Assembly (NCBI RefSeq): GCF_018350175.1
Contig: NC_058369.1
Location: 17,982,001-18,046,000 of the forward strand
DNA: 64,000 nucleotides
Direction: 5' to 3'
Source of the DNA: Felis catus
Taxonomy: Eukaryota
The notes under the pieces were generated by a model, which saw only the letters and a program-made list of their open reading frames with translations, was not told the DNA's origin and ran no database searches. Shown here one piece after another: positions 1 to 13,350 of the stretch (its first letter is position 1; every line of letters starts with the position of its first letter). The position numbers and the translations under genes were made by a program.

Positions 1-2221
1 TGTGGGCCAGCCCTGGGACAGGACGCCAGGAGTCCAACGTGGCTCATGTGCGATTCCATCTTGCTTGGGATTGATGCACATCTGCTCCAAAGGCCTCTGC
101 CCCGATTGTCCTACAGATCCGAGCCTCGGCATCAGGTCCCCCACTCCTCCAGCTGCCCAGGCTGGGCTCATGGCAGGCATGGGAGAGTGTGCTGCAGATG
201 TCCCCTCGAGCCTAGGCCTTTCACTTTCAAAATGAAAATGTCCAGGCTAGCTATGCTTGGATGTTATGCTGGAAAGTGCTGGTTTGCTTGTCTGGTGGGT
301 CTAGACTTAAGCTTTTCCTTTTTACCAGTTTGCCAGAAAAATAACCAACTGCAAATCCCTGCTTCCTCATTCTGGGGGCCTGAGGACCTGGCCAGAAAAG
401 AGATTGCTGGATCTGGCTTTCTGCAGAGCACACAGTGACTTTTGACCCTTGGCTCAGTGCAATTCTGCACAGGGAGGAAGTGGTAGGGCGATGGCCAAGA
501 AGGCCATGGAGATTTGGCTGGTACTATTTAGACCTCCTTCCTCAACAGCTGACCGGCAAATGCCCACCCTTCTGCCTATTAGGATGGACTGATTGGTGGG
601 GTGAGGTCCTGGCTTTCCTAGTGTCTGTGGGTAGCTCCTTTGGTTTCACACTCCAGCCTGGGCAGCCTCCTGCCCTCTAGTCTACAAATGGGTTGGGCAC
701 TGCTTGACTTATGCACTTAAAGACAAGCCAGATAACTGGTTTGATAGAAGAGAAAGAAGTGCTCACAGGAGCAAGGATTCTGGCTGGGAAGAACTCAAAG
801 AAAAAGGGGTAGAAATGTCACACAGTAGAAACAAATTTCAGAAAAGTTTGATTTTTTAGCACATGACATTACAAAATGCAACCTAGACCCAAAAGGCATC
901 TCTGGCCAAGTTTCACCATGATGTTTAGGATGGCTAGGATGATGGTGACAATTTCTGAGGAGTCCCTACCTGGAGGGAGTCTCCTTCAAATCTCAAATCT
1001 AGTCTTTCTCCTTTTACAGTGCCTCAGATGCTTGCGTAACCAGAATGGTGTGATGTGGGCTAGAGCAGTGAGGGGTAGTGCATGCTTGGCACTCACTTTA
1101 CGAAGAGGCAATGGCAGCCCTGAAGGAGAAAAACAGCATGACCAAGGGAAGCAATAAGGTATTGGGAACATGATCATCCTTGAAATAGGAGATCCGGGCT
1201 GCTGCCTGTGAGTCTGGAAACATGGGCTCCATCATCAGTGGAAGAAAGGTCCAGAATGCCTTGGTGAATCTTACTATCATTGTTCTTGCTAATTCCTGGA
1301 GTTTAAACACAGTGTCAGGAATGTCCACAGCAGGTCACCAAAATGTGCTCAATGAATAAATAAACTGAGTTCAGACCGAATTTCTAACACTCTCATTTAG
1401 AACTTGGGTAATACTCATCTAAATTCACAAGTGGTTATTATTCAGTGTGTTCTTGTTCAACACCCTGCATTTTATCTGCATATCCCCGATATAACCAGGT
1501 AACAGTATCTGTGCCGTCATCTGTGACGGAGCATTTGTCTGTAGAGGAGATGGGTAAAGGAAGCAAAATTTATACTTAACATGATGCCTTATGAGACAAC
1601 CACAGATTCCTTAATCACAATATAAGTAAACTGTTTTAATTCTGTTATAAAATGAATGCACTAAGATCACCGAGGATATATTCAGGTACCTTTGATGGGG
1701 CAAATTCAGAGCTTCATGTTAGAACATTCAAGAAAGCAAAGTCCTCAAGTGACATGTACTCTGAGACTGTGAACGATATGATCTTAACATTGTCCTGGCG
1801 CTTAATAACTGTTCATAGCAACACCACCACTAAAACCACAAAGGCCAAACCATTTAATTTTAAAGGCCATTTTGGCTTTGAGAGAGTTCAACTACTAGTT
1901 TCTTGAGCCCCAAGGGGATATTTTGTATGTTCACCCACTACTTGATACTTGTGTACCACCAGGTCAAGGCAAGATCAAACTGGAACACGATTTTATCGTA
2001 GAACAGCTTCTTTTGGTCACTTGGAAAGAAACCGCAGGCACACTGAATTATCACAGAATCATCGCTAGTTCTTGTTACAGCCACGTTACCGAGAAGGAAA
2101 TGGTAGAAGTAACACTGTCAGACAGGAGTTTTCCGCTGAGCTTCATTGGTGAGTTTATCTTCCCTGCAAGGGATATACTGGATGCCCTTCCACACCATCT
2201 TCAACAACTCAAATACCATGC

Positions 2222-2678
2222 TGCCATAGTTAATTTTATGTGTCAAGTTGACTGGGCCATGGGGTGCCTAGATATTTGGTCAACCATTGTTCTGGGAGTT
2301 TCTGTAAGGGTGCTTTGGGATGAAATTAACATTTAAATCAGTAGATTAAGTAACGCACATTGCCCTCCCCAATGTGGGTGGGCCTCATCAAATTAGTTGA
2401 AGGCCCAAATATAACACAAGGACTGACGCTCAAGTAAGAGAATTTTCCTGCCTGACTGCCTTCAAACTGGGGCATTAGCTCTTCCTGAATCTTGAACCTG
2501 CCAGCCTCTGGAAAGGAACTACACTATCAACTCTTACGGTTCTTAACCTTTCAGATTCAGACTAGAATTTAATCATCAGCTCTCCTTGGTCTATAGTTTG
2601 CCAGCTCATCATACAGATCATGAGACCTGCCTGCCTCCATAATTGCATGAGTCAATTCTTTATAATAAATCTCTTTAT

Positions 2679-2733
<55 letters not shown>

Positions 2734-2763
2734 TATTGGTTCTTATTGGAGAACCCTAATACA
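2222..2763 (+). mobile_element. MLT2-type (ERVL) solo LTR
   Basis: Begins ...gttaattttatgtgtcaagttgactgggcca and ends tattggttc...ggagaaccctaataca, both typical MLT2 termini. Internal AATAAA and (CA)n. Confidence 0.85.
2682..2728 (+). repeat. (CA)n microsatellite within the MLT2 LTR
   Basis: About 23 CA units seen directly. Confidence 0.97.
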
Positions 2764-2896
2764 TATTCCCAGGTCTCCTCTCTAATTTTCAAGAGCTCAC
2801 ATCCCAATCCCAACAATGTATCTGCCAGATGGGTACTATTATGGCCTGGAACCCTGAAATGAGAGGACAAACAACACAGGGCTGCACCAGAAAGTC

Positions 2897-5800
2897 AGAC
2901 ATGATTTGTCAGCCTTTATTAACCAAGAGCAAAGCCGAGCCCTAGAGTTTCCTTTTAAAAAAAACCAACCTTGTTTATGGCAAACAATGATTTAATTATA
3001 TGTTCAATACTACAGAGCAAGAATTGATCACTTTCTAATCACTCATTCTTCTGAGATTAAAATGTAAGTGTAAAACAGTTAAAATAAGATTGTCTCCAAT
3101 GATTTAAAAACAATTCCAATTGACAGACATTTCAAACATTATGTGTAGAACTCAGGACCAAAAAAAAGACCTTAAAACATTTTACCTTTGAGGTAGCACA
3201 ATAATGCTGAATTAGATTTCTTTTATTACAATGAGCTTAAGAAAACAATGAGGAATCTACCTTTTGCTCAAGGTGGGCTAAATGGTTTTCTGCAAATCCC
3301 CCATGAGGTTAGTGACAGTTTTCTTTTTTCTTTTTTTCTTTTTTTTTTTTTTTACGTATAAAGATAGCCCTGCAGTGTGTAAAAGGAAACCCACAGAGGA
3401 AGGCTGCTTCCCATAAAATAGACATTAGAATCATTGAGGAACGTCAGCAGTCAAGACAGGAGGAACAAGAGGTAATTGTAGTGAAAAACCAAACAACTTG
3501 TATCTTGTCAAGAATGGTTTACAAGTACGTGTCAAGAACAAAAATTTCAACATTAGCCCACTGAAAACAAAAATTAAAAGATGACGTTCATGGGTCTTTT
3601 CCCTTCTTCTCTGTGCAAAAATGCTTTCACTTTTTTGAAATGAGAGAAGATTGTTTCTACACTGCGACATGACATGGAAATTTTGTGTGCCCAGGGTGCT
3701 GCTGGGCACCATTGGCACTTCTCACTGACTACCATTGTGAGCAGAGAATCTGGGCAATAAGAGGATGAACATGACCCCTCCTGGCTACAGAGCCATTTCT
3801 TGCCACTTTGCTGCTGAATTCACTCATTAAACTGCTCAAAGAAAAACTGCACTCTCACTTGAGAATCTATAGCACTTATATATAAAGACTATCAACTAAG
3901 AGGATAGCCCACGTCAACCCTTTCTTCAGAGAATACAGCCAAAAGAAGAGAGTGGGTGTGATAAACTGAGGCCAGAAGGAAGGATAATACTGTAGGTTGG
4001 ACCTCAAGGCTCTCAGGAATATTCTTTACCATCCCAAACAATAGCTAAAATCCAGGAAAGAGGGCATGAAGCTCTAACCCATGGAAGAGAACAATATAAA
4101 ACAATTAACACAGGGATCTCTTCCTAATATGCTCCTCCCCTTGAGGCTCACCCAACAGTTCAGGGTTTGCCTGACATAATGTGGACACTGGAGCCCTCAG
4201 CTGAGCTTGGTCTGCCACCTTTGAATCTCCATGCTGCAAAGAGAACTGGGACACTGTCAGACTCCTGGCACCTTGGTAATGGTTGTATCCTATTTCACTC
4301 ACCCTGGTCCTTTTAAGGTCTTCCTCAAGCCAAACCCCCAAAGGGCCCTGTATGCAGTGAGGGTTTGGACTCATGATCTATATATCAATCTGTAGTTAGA
4401 GCAGGAGGACTTAAGACTGATGGATTTTACTCTGTAAAACAGCAACCATCAGTGAGTTGGGGGTATCAAAGAGGCTTCTGTGAAGAGGAAGACTGAACTG
4501 GGATGTGCAAGGAGGCAGGCTGAAAAGGCCCATGCCTAGCAGCCTGCAGGAGTGACTCTGGCACTAAGCTCACAGCCAGCCCTAACTAAAGCTGGCACGG
4601 GGGGTACAAAGAGGGCATCTGCTCAGTATTTAAACAGTGTCCTCACATAGTTGGGGCCAGACCTCTGTGACGCTCCTAAAGCTCAATGTACCTGCCACTT
4701 TTGCAATAAACAGGGGTGATTCCTGTCTGCTAAAGTGCAAGATCTGCTTTCCTAACTTACTTGATAATAAAGCAACACCCTGGAGAAGAACAACCTTGGA
4801 AAATCGTGGGAAAAACCACATGGGCTTTCCCAGTGCTAGCTGCCTGTTTTGGGGTATTAGTTACAACCTCTCACGATTCTGAGACCTGCGATGCAGGCTA
4901 CCTAGGGCAGTGTGAAAAGAGTCCTTCTGCTTTCACATCACAGAATGCAAGAAAAAGGGAGAATTGACCAAAGTTGTGGTAGGTCACCCTTCCGGAAATC
5001 TTTCCACCACACTGTCCATGGCAAAAGCAGAGAGCCTGGCTTATGTGGACAATGGAAGTGACATGTGGGCTCCATCACTATCTATAACAGGAATGACTCA
5101 AGCCCCAGCATGTGATCTCTTAGGGATCTATTGAGTGACACAAATTTAAAAAATAAATCATATCGGGAAGGGCCTCTTGATTTAATATAAACTTGGCTAC
5201 AACATTCAAATTATCTCTATGCAGCCTTCACACTACTCTTAGGATCTCTTGTAGTTTCTTGATTCTAAGTCATTGTGAAGGAAAAAAAAATCCATTCTGA
5301 AATATATTTAATTAGGATAATTCATCAGCATTCTACCTGATAGAATTAAAAGGCTAAAAAAGTTTTAAAATAAGCTAAATTACTTTCCTCTGGGGTTAAC
5401 AATTGAAACCCCAAATATCCCAACACCTTAATTAGAAAGGTTTTTACAGTAATTCTATGAAATTGTGAGTAATTCTGATTTTTAAAAACAAAGCGTTGAT
5501 CTTCAGGATGAATGCCTGAGTCAGCTGACAAACTGATACACGCGAATAGGTCTAATAAGAATTCCCTAAACACAGAAATAATTTTTTTTTATTTCAAAAA
5601 AAAAAAAAATAGCTGCTTCTTCTTTAAAGAGTTTAAAATTGATAGTTCAACAGCAAAGCTATGTGATAACACCGGAGTAGAAGGAAAGGGCCCTCTTTGT
5701 AGTAGTACAACCTCTTGCTGGCACACCGCCATTAGTTGGTAGGGACAACTGGGAACAAGATGGCAGGAGTCGCCCAGGGAAGTATTTGGGTCAGATAAAG

Positions 5801-6673
5801 TGATGGCACGTCCAGACCCTGGCTCCTTAGAAATGCATAGTGATTCACTCATGCAAACTGCACAGAGATAAATAAAACAAAACAAAACCTACTAAAACAG
5901 AACAAAACACCCCAACCCAGAAAACCTTCCCTGGCTCTCTGCTACGTGAAGAATGTGCTGAGCCCAAATTTTCTGCTCTAACACAGGTCCTCATGACCAA
6001 TCGGTGTGCCCTGGCACACTGACCTGCTGGGCCCTGGGCAGGGCCCTTTCCTAAACAGCACTGTGAGTTTGGAGACAGCTGTCACGGGTATAGCTGTCAG
6101 CAGACAGTACAATGCCACAGGACCACAGACCTCGGTCCTACCAGCTGCCATTTTCTACTGTAAAACCAAAGGCTACAATTGTGAACAAACGTGTGGACTT
6201 TCTCAAAGGACAAAGGAGAAGATCGAGGGCTACAACATTTCCTCCCTTGAGAAAGGTCGGGGGTGGGTGTCTACAGTTATACACAGGTTTGTGCAGACCT
6301 GTGGTGACTTCCAACAGCAACAGTAGCAGCCAGAGAGGAAAGGAAGATGATTACACTTTGGACTTTGTATCAGGCACTTAAATTGTTGGAGAGACATGCC
6401 GTTTTGAACCAAAGGTGTGACAACTGGGTTGGAATAATCATTACAAGTGGTCTAATAATGGGCTTTCAGAAGCAAAGTGGAGGAGGTATGGGTCGAACCT
6501 CTGCCCATCTTTTAGTGCTGACTTTCAAGTTTTCTAAATGCCCACGGCCATAGCAATGGCAGTGGCGGTGGCAACAGCAGGAACAGTTCTGTTGTGTCTG
6601 TCTTCTGTGTGTGTTCTGTGGCTGACCAGAAGGTTTTGGTGTCACACTGAGAAGGCTCTGTGGTGTGGCACAC
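2897..6673 (-). other. PRKAR2A: Probable PRKAR2A 3' UTR (~3.8 kb; could be longer or shorter through alternative polyadenylation)
   Basis: Follows the stop codon, contains no SINE or L1, and ends at a well-formed poly(A) signal. The 3' end is inferred. Confidence 0.65.
2915..2920 (-). terminator. Polyadenylation signal AATAAA with downstream GU/U-rich element
   Basis: Plus strand tttatt. About 35-55 nt downstream, the minus strand reads cctgtgttgtttgtcctctc (plus 2861-2880). Confidence 0.65.
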
Positions 6674-6859
<186 letters not shown>

Positions 6860-6885
6860 TCAAAGTCATTTCCCACATGCAAACT

Positions 6886-7130
6886 TTTTTTCTTTTTAAT
6901 TTTTAAAAATGTTTTTCATTTATTTTTGAGACAGAGAGAGACAGAGCATGAGCAGCGGGGGGGGGGGGGGGGGGGGTGCAGGGAGAGGGAGGGAGACACA
7001 GAATCTGAAGCAGGCTCCAGGCTCTGAGCTGTCAGCACAGAGCCCGACGCGGGGCTCAAACTCACGAACTGTGAGATCATGACCCGAGCTGAAGTCGGAT
7101 GCTTAACCGACTGAACCACCCAGGCACCCC
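6886..7130 (-). mobile_element. Can-SINE in intron 10, same sense as the gene, with a 20-G run
   Basis: TSD gcaaacttttt at 6879 and 7131. Confidence 0.95.
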
Positions 7131-7465
7131 GCAAACTTTTTATTAAATATACCCATTCACATTACAGGGGATAAGACTGTGGGATCCTGGGCACTTGGAA
7201 AAAGGAGGGATGTTTCTACGTTGAGTACAGCTTGACTGTGTCATCTCGGTTTGTGACTTTGCAGAGCCTGGCAGCACCTTTCTCTTGATCCCTACAGAAT
7301 CCTGCACACCTGCCTCCATTTCTGCTCTTTTCACAGGCTATACTGCTGTATTGCTAAAGGATCTATACCCATTTCTAGTTGGTCCCACAAGCTGTTCATG
7401 CCTGGATGTGTGAGAGAACTGGTGGAGTCAAGGCTTGCTGCTGGGAAAAAAAATACTGCATGTTA

Positions 7466-7648
<183 letters not shown>

Positions 7649-7931
7649 CTAGGGCAGGTGGAAAACATGACCTAGACTGATTCCAGAATCACAGCTGGAC
7701 ATGTCCAGTCACACACACTTGCAGTCCCGTCTCAGTACGCTTAACACAATTATTTAGACATTCACTCTGCAGAGATGCTACCTGCACCATGTAAACTGCA
7801 TGGGCTAATTAGTCTCTGGTTTAATTAGAGGAGCTGGCTTTTACCTCGGGCTTCATCCAATTCCTAACAACCTTTCAGAGGTAATGGATAAATATCAAGA
7901 GGTAAAGAGCAGACCATTTTCTTTGGAAGAT

Positions 7932-7941
7932 TTATATATAA

Positions 7942-7972
<31 letters not shown>

Positions 7973-8115
7973 TAAAATTATATATATATAATATATAATA
8001 TATAATATATAATATTAATATATACTACACGATTATATAACATCAGTATATTATATATTAACATAAACATATTTATTATGTATTTTTATTTATTATACAT
8101 ACATATATGTATATG
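7932..8115. repeat. (TA)n / AT-rich low-complexity tract
   Basis: Seen directly. Confidence 0.9.
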
Positions 8116-9329
8116 AATGCTCTCTTTTTGGTAGATGCTGACTTCTAAGGCACAGGGGAAAAGACAAGTCATTTGCAAATTCCTTCTAAATGATGTCAAT
8201 GTTTCTCTTAGGTAAAGTCACAATCCTAGGCTACTTCTTGATTTGAGATCATGTCTTTCTTGGCCAATACTTCACAGTGACAAATTTTCTTTTTAGGTAC
8301 TGTCTACATCTTAAGTTAGTGGTTCCCAAGGCACCTGGGTGGCTCAGTCAGTTAAGCGTCCAGCTCTTGATTTCAGCTCAGGTCATGATCTCATGGTTCG
8401 GTTCCTGAGTTCACGCCCCAAGTTGAGGTTCATGTACAGCCTGGCACTGGACTCAGCACTAACAAGCCTGCCTGGGATTCTCTCTCTCCTCTCTCTCTCT
8501 GCTCCTCCCTCATGTACACATGCACACTCTCTTTCTCAAAAACAAACTTAAAAATAGTTTAGGGGCGCCTGGGTGAGGGCTCAGTCGGGTGAGCATCTGA
8601 CTTTGGCTCAGGTCATAATCTCATGGTTTGTGGGTTCGAGCCCCGCGTCAGGCTCTGTGCTGAGTGCTCAGAGCCTGGAGCCTTCTTCGGATTCTGTGCC
8701 CCCCTCTCTCTCTGCCCCTCCCCCGCTCATGCCCTGTCTCTCTCAAAAGTGAATAAAGATTAAGAAAAATTAAAAAAAAATAGTTTAAAGACTTGGATGT
8801 AAATTTAAAAAAGTAAATAAAAAAAAAAACAGTTTAAGTTAGTGGTTTCCCCCCCTACCACCACACATTTTTTTAGAGGAGCTGAGTAACTAAAAACAAT
8901 TTTTTATAATGTTCAACCTGGAAATTTAGTGGTTTAACTTTGTATTAAGAAACCGAGCAGGTTGTAATTTATGCTTATCAAATTGCTGAAAATAATGTAC
9001 TATATTATATTTATATCTAGAGGTTTTTTGTTTGGTTTTGCTTTTTTTTTTTTTTTTTTTTTTTACAAATCCATTTGCCAAGCTAAGCAATAATTTGTTT
9101 AAGTAAAAAGATTATTTAGAATTTATTTATAAGAATTAGTCTCAAACTTTAAGAGCTACTTTAAGTTATAGGTAAATAACCCTCCTTGCACACTACTGCC
9201 CTGACCTGTTTGCTCTGCAGTTGATCTGCTCCATTGGAGCCAACACTCCACTTCCAATTTCTGTAGCATTCTCTGGGGCTGCAGACACGTTTGTGCCCAC
9301 CTAGTCCCTTCTCCAGAGTAGCATTTACC

Positions 9330-9470
9330 ACATGGTCATGTGAACACCAGCCCCCTGAGGGTTTTGTTACAATGCAGATTCTGATTCAGTAGGTCTGGGG
9401 CAGAGTCTAAGATTGCATTCCTGACAAGCTCTCCCAACCCCCAGGGCCACAGTGCTGCTGGTCCCACACA
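9330..9470. mobile_element. MER5-type hAT-Charlie DNA transposon relic
   Basis: atgcagattctgattcagtaggtctggggc...tgctgctggtcc signature. Confidence 0.75.
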
Positions 9471-10610
9471 CCCAACACCACTAGGCTGTGATCAGGAGGT
9501 GTCAATGAGTATTTGAGAAATATGCAAACATGTATCACTAGTCCAAAAACAATAAGTAAAAGAACATAGATGTTTCAACCTATTGTTTCATGTGAAACAG
9601 CAGATCCATTTTTTTTTTTTTAATTTTTTTAACGTTTATTTAGCTTTGAGACAGAGAGAGACAGCATGAACGGGAGAGGGTCAGAGAGAGAGGGAGACAC
9701 AGAATCTGAAACAGGATCCAGGCTCTGAGCTGTCAGCACAGAGCCCGATGCGGGACTCGAACTCATGGACCGTGAGATCATGACCTGAGCCGAAGTCAGA
9801 TGCTTAACCGACTGAACCACCCAGGCACCCCCAGCAGATCCATTTTTAATCACGAATCAAACCACCTTACAGGGAGTAATCATATTTATCCTTCTCTATA
9901 TAACCTTTACTAAAGATATTCTATAAGAGACTTCATATTAGGTCAGTATTATATTTAACTATTTTAACAAATTCTATATTCTTTTAAAAAATGTTTATTT
10001 TTTATGAGAGAAAGAGTGTAAGCTGTGGAGGGGCAGCGAGAGAGAGAATCCCAAGCAGGCTTGGTGCTGAGAGCCTGACGCGTGGCTTGATCTCACAAAC
10101 TGTGAGATTATGACCTGAGCCAAAATCAAGAGTTGGATATTTAACCAAATGAACCACACCCAGGTGCCCCTAAATATTCTATATTCTTAAAAAAAATTTT
10201 GAACAGAGAAATCTGGTGATGACGGATTTATGATAAGGACTACTCCTCCTATCTATTGGTCATTTTAGGTCTTCCTATCCATGAAATGGTATAATAACAA
10301 TGGTCCTACAGACCTCCCCTTCCTGTGCTCTAGAAAGGAAGTTTTTTTCATATTCAACACCCACATGTATGTCTTTATCATGTATTCCCCCCACTTTCTA
10401 CTAGGGGTATTTATCTTTTTCTTATGGATTTGTAGCCATTATTTCTCATATCATTAATTATGTAACAGATGCAAAGGCAATAGGAACAAGGAGAAATATA
10501 CTAAATCCCTATCACTGGAGGGACTTAAACATGGGTCTTTGCCAGTCACATGCCTCCTATAACAATGACACCAGATACCAGACACACTTCCCATTTACAG
10601 CAAACAGCTA

Positions 10611-10742
<132 letters not shown>

Positions 10743-11249
10743 TCATCAGAGCTATATATTGGCACAGGACACAGAAATAGATAATTTTCTCATTGCTCAA
10801 ACTCCAATTTGTATTTATTTTCCAACTCTACAAATTAATCAGTGCCTAACAAATTCAGAACAAAATGAGAGGATCCTGGTCACCAGGGACTTCAGTCCAA
10901 CTATGACTGACACATCTCTCACTTCCTAACATGGAATATTCACATTTCTCTCCACAAATATGCCCAGGCTGCCAACTGCGCACAGCATCACTATCTTTGC
11001 TGCTCATGTTAGTCTGCTATTGAAACCTGTGACTGGGACCAGTCGCCAAGGCTGCCACAGACAGTATCAAGGTGACTCCTGGCTACCTCTGGGCATGGGG
11101 CTCAAGGATAATGCAGCCCTCCAGAGGACAGTATGGATCTGAAGAAAGCCCTGCCTTGGGGAGGGAGGTACTGTGATGTGGGTTGATGTCAACATTATAA
11201 GCCTCAGGCTTTTCTTTCACTTGTTTGGATTTTAAACCACTTGGCTGAA

Positions 11250-11600
11250 CCAGTCATTCAGGTAATTCAACAAGTAATTAAGTACTTACTATGTGCCAAG
11301 GCACTGTTCTAGGCATGTGAGACATATTAGTGGGCAAAACAAATATCCCTACCCTTGTGGAAATTACAGTCTAATATGGTAAACAAACTGTAAACAATCA
11401 ACATAATGAATCAGCAAATTATACTGTTGTGTTGGAAGGCAATTAAATACTACAGGGAGGGAGCAATGTGGGATCTGGAGTGCTGGGGAAGGAGATGGCT
11501 ACAGTATACAGCAGAGTTTCATCTGAGGGTGAGATCTGAGCAAAGGCTGGAATGAGGGGAGAGAGGCAAGCAGACACTGAGAAGAGGATTTCAGGCCAAC
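11250..11600 (-). mobile_element. L2 3' fragment
   Basis: attcaacaagtaattaagtacttactatgtgccaaggcactgttctaggc is a typical L2 3' end. Confidence 0.7.
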
Positions 11601-12777
11601 TTCAGTATCTGACCCCTTCCTCTTAACGTTTGGGGCAACAACCATCTACACCGGATAATTCAATACTAGTCCTGTGTTCTCATTCCATGTGGGTCTTATG
11701 CCTTCAGTAGAGTCTATACTTCTTCTGAATTTTCCTAAGACTTAAGTGTCGTTGGCCACTGCACAGATCTCCAAGTGGACATCTTACAGCTGAGGCTGCC
11801 ATTCTTGAGTAGTTAATCTAGTCCCAGTTCATTAGATAATAATCATTGCTTTATGTGAGTAAAAAGCACAGCTTTAAAAAGGGCTGTCTGTGGGTTTCTG
11901 TGCTGCCGTGTTGGGTAGGTACCCTGTACCCAGCAGAGCTAAATCAATATGAAGTTCTAGTGTTACCCAAATAGCTCCCTGAGAGTTGATGAAGGAAACT
12001 AAGGGGAAGCCAGAGGTTGGGTCACCAGGAGGTTGCTTCTAGGTCCAAGAAGGGAGTTTCACAAAGGAAGATGGGATTATCAGTGTTCAGTGCTGTTGGA
12101 GGTCAAGATAAAGATTCAAATGTGTGCGGGGCGCCTGGGTGGCTCAGTCAGTTAAGCGTCCGACTTCAGCTCAGGTCGTGATCTCACGGTCCGTGAGTTC
12201 GAGCCCCGTGTCGGGCTCTGTGCTGACAGCTCAGAGCCTGGAGCCTGTTTCAGATTCTGTGTCTCCCTCTCTCTGACCCTCCCCCATTCATGCTCTGTCT
12301 CTCTCTGTCTCAAAAATAAATAAACGTTAAAAAAAAATTAAAAAGAAAAGATTCAAATGTGCAGAAACATTCTGGTGACCAAGTAGAGGGTGGTGAGTGG
12401 TAGGGATGAGCCACAAAAGTGACAGGTGGTGAAGGGTGGTACCTGAGCTCTTTTTGTTTAGATAGATGTGTAACAGCCATAATTTACAGTGCTAATTTTT
12501 CAAGGCTTCAGCCTGATGAATTTTTACACATTTATGCACCTGTGTGACCACCTCCTGGATCAAAACAGAAAACCTTTCTGGCCTCCAAAAGGGTCCTTAT
12601 CGAGTCAAAACTACCATTGCTCCGACTATTAGGTGACCGTATCTGACTTCTCTCCTTGCAGTTTTCCTTAATTCCGGTTAAGGAAAGTAAAGCTGTTCCT
12701 GAACTTCATATAAATGGAATCCTACATGGCCTATCATGTCTGGCTTCCTCTGGTCCACACTGTGAGACCACACTTCT

Positions 12778-13006
12778 TTTTTTTTTTTTTTTTTTTTTTT
12801 CAACGTTTTTTATTTATTTTTGGGACAGAGAGAGACAGAGCATGAACGGGGGAGGGGCAGAGAGAGAGGGAGACACAGAATCGGAAACAGGCTCCAGGCT
12901 CTGAGCCATCAGCCCAGAGCCCGACGCGGGGCTCGAACTCATGGACCGCGAGATCGTGACCTGGCTGAAGTCGGACGCTTAACCGACTGCGCCACCCAGG
13001 CGCCCC
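12778..13006 (-). mobile_element. Young felid Can-SINE
   Basis: Perfect 14-bp TSD gagaccacacttct (12764-12777, 13007-13020), pure T tract and intact CpGs. Confidence 0.97.
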
Positions 13007-13189
13007 GAGACCACACTTCTAATATGCCTGGCTGTGAAAGGGATGAGAAGCTGGTAGCTGGAGCGAAAACAGTGAGTGGAGGAACATGAGTGTATCCTGA
13101 AGAAAGACTCAGGCATGTCTACAGGGTGTGAAGAATGAGCCTGATGAACAGGGGAGCTCAAATAAAAGAGAATCTGCTAACAATGCTGT

Positions 13190-13350
13190 GCTCTGCTAAC
13201 AGAGCTCACTCCCAGCAGGCACTCTGGTGAGTACCACATGTGCACTGACTGCTTCATGCAATTGCCCAAGAAGTCAATACAATTGGTACTATTACTACCC
13301 CATTTTACAGATGAGTTTCCTCAGAAGCTCAGAAGATAAATAACTGTCAT
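13190..13350 (-). mobile_element. MIR fragment
   Basis: ggtactattactaccccattttacagatgag...gctcaga core. Confidence 0.7.

Noticed and set aside
2..680. Cluster of overlapping short ORFs at the window start
   Set aside because: No recognisable homology or exon structure; expected by chance in moderately GC-rich DNA.
1923..2336. 137-aa plus-strand ORF
   Set aside because: Starts at TTG, has no recognisable domain, and its last third runs through the MLT2 LTR.
12128..12210. tRNA-like A-box/B-box sequence (tggctcagtcagtt ... gagttcgagcc)
   Set aside because: It is the tRNA-derived head of a Can-SINE, not a tRNA gene.
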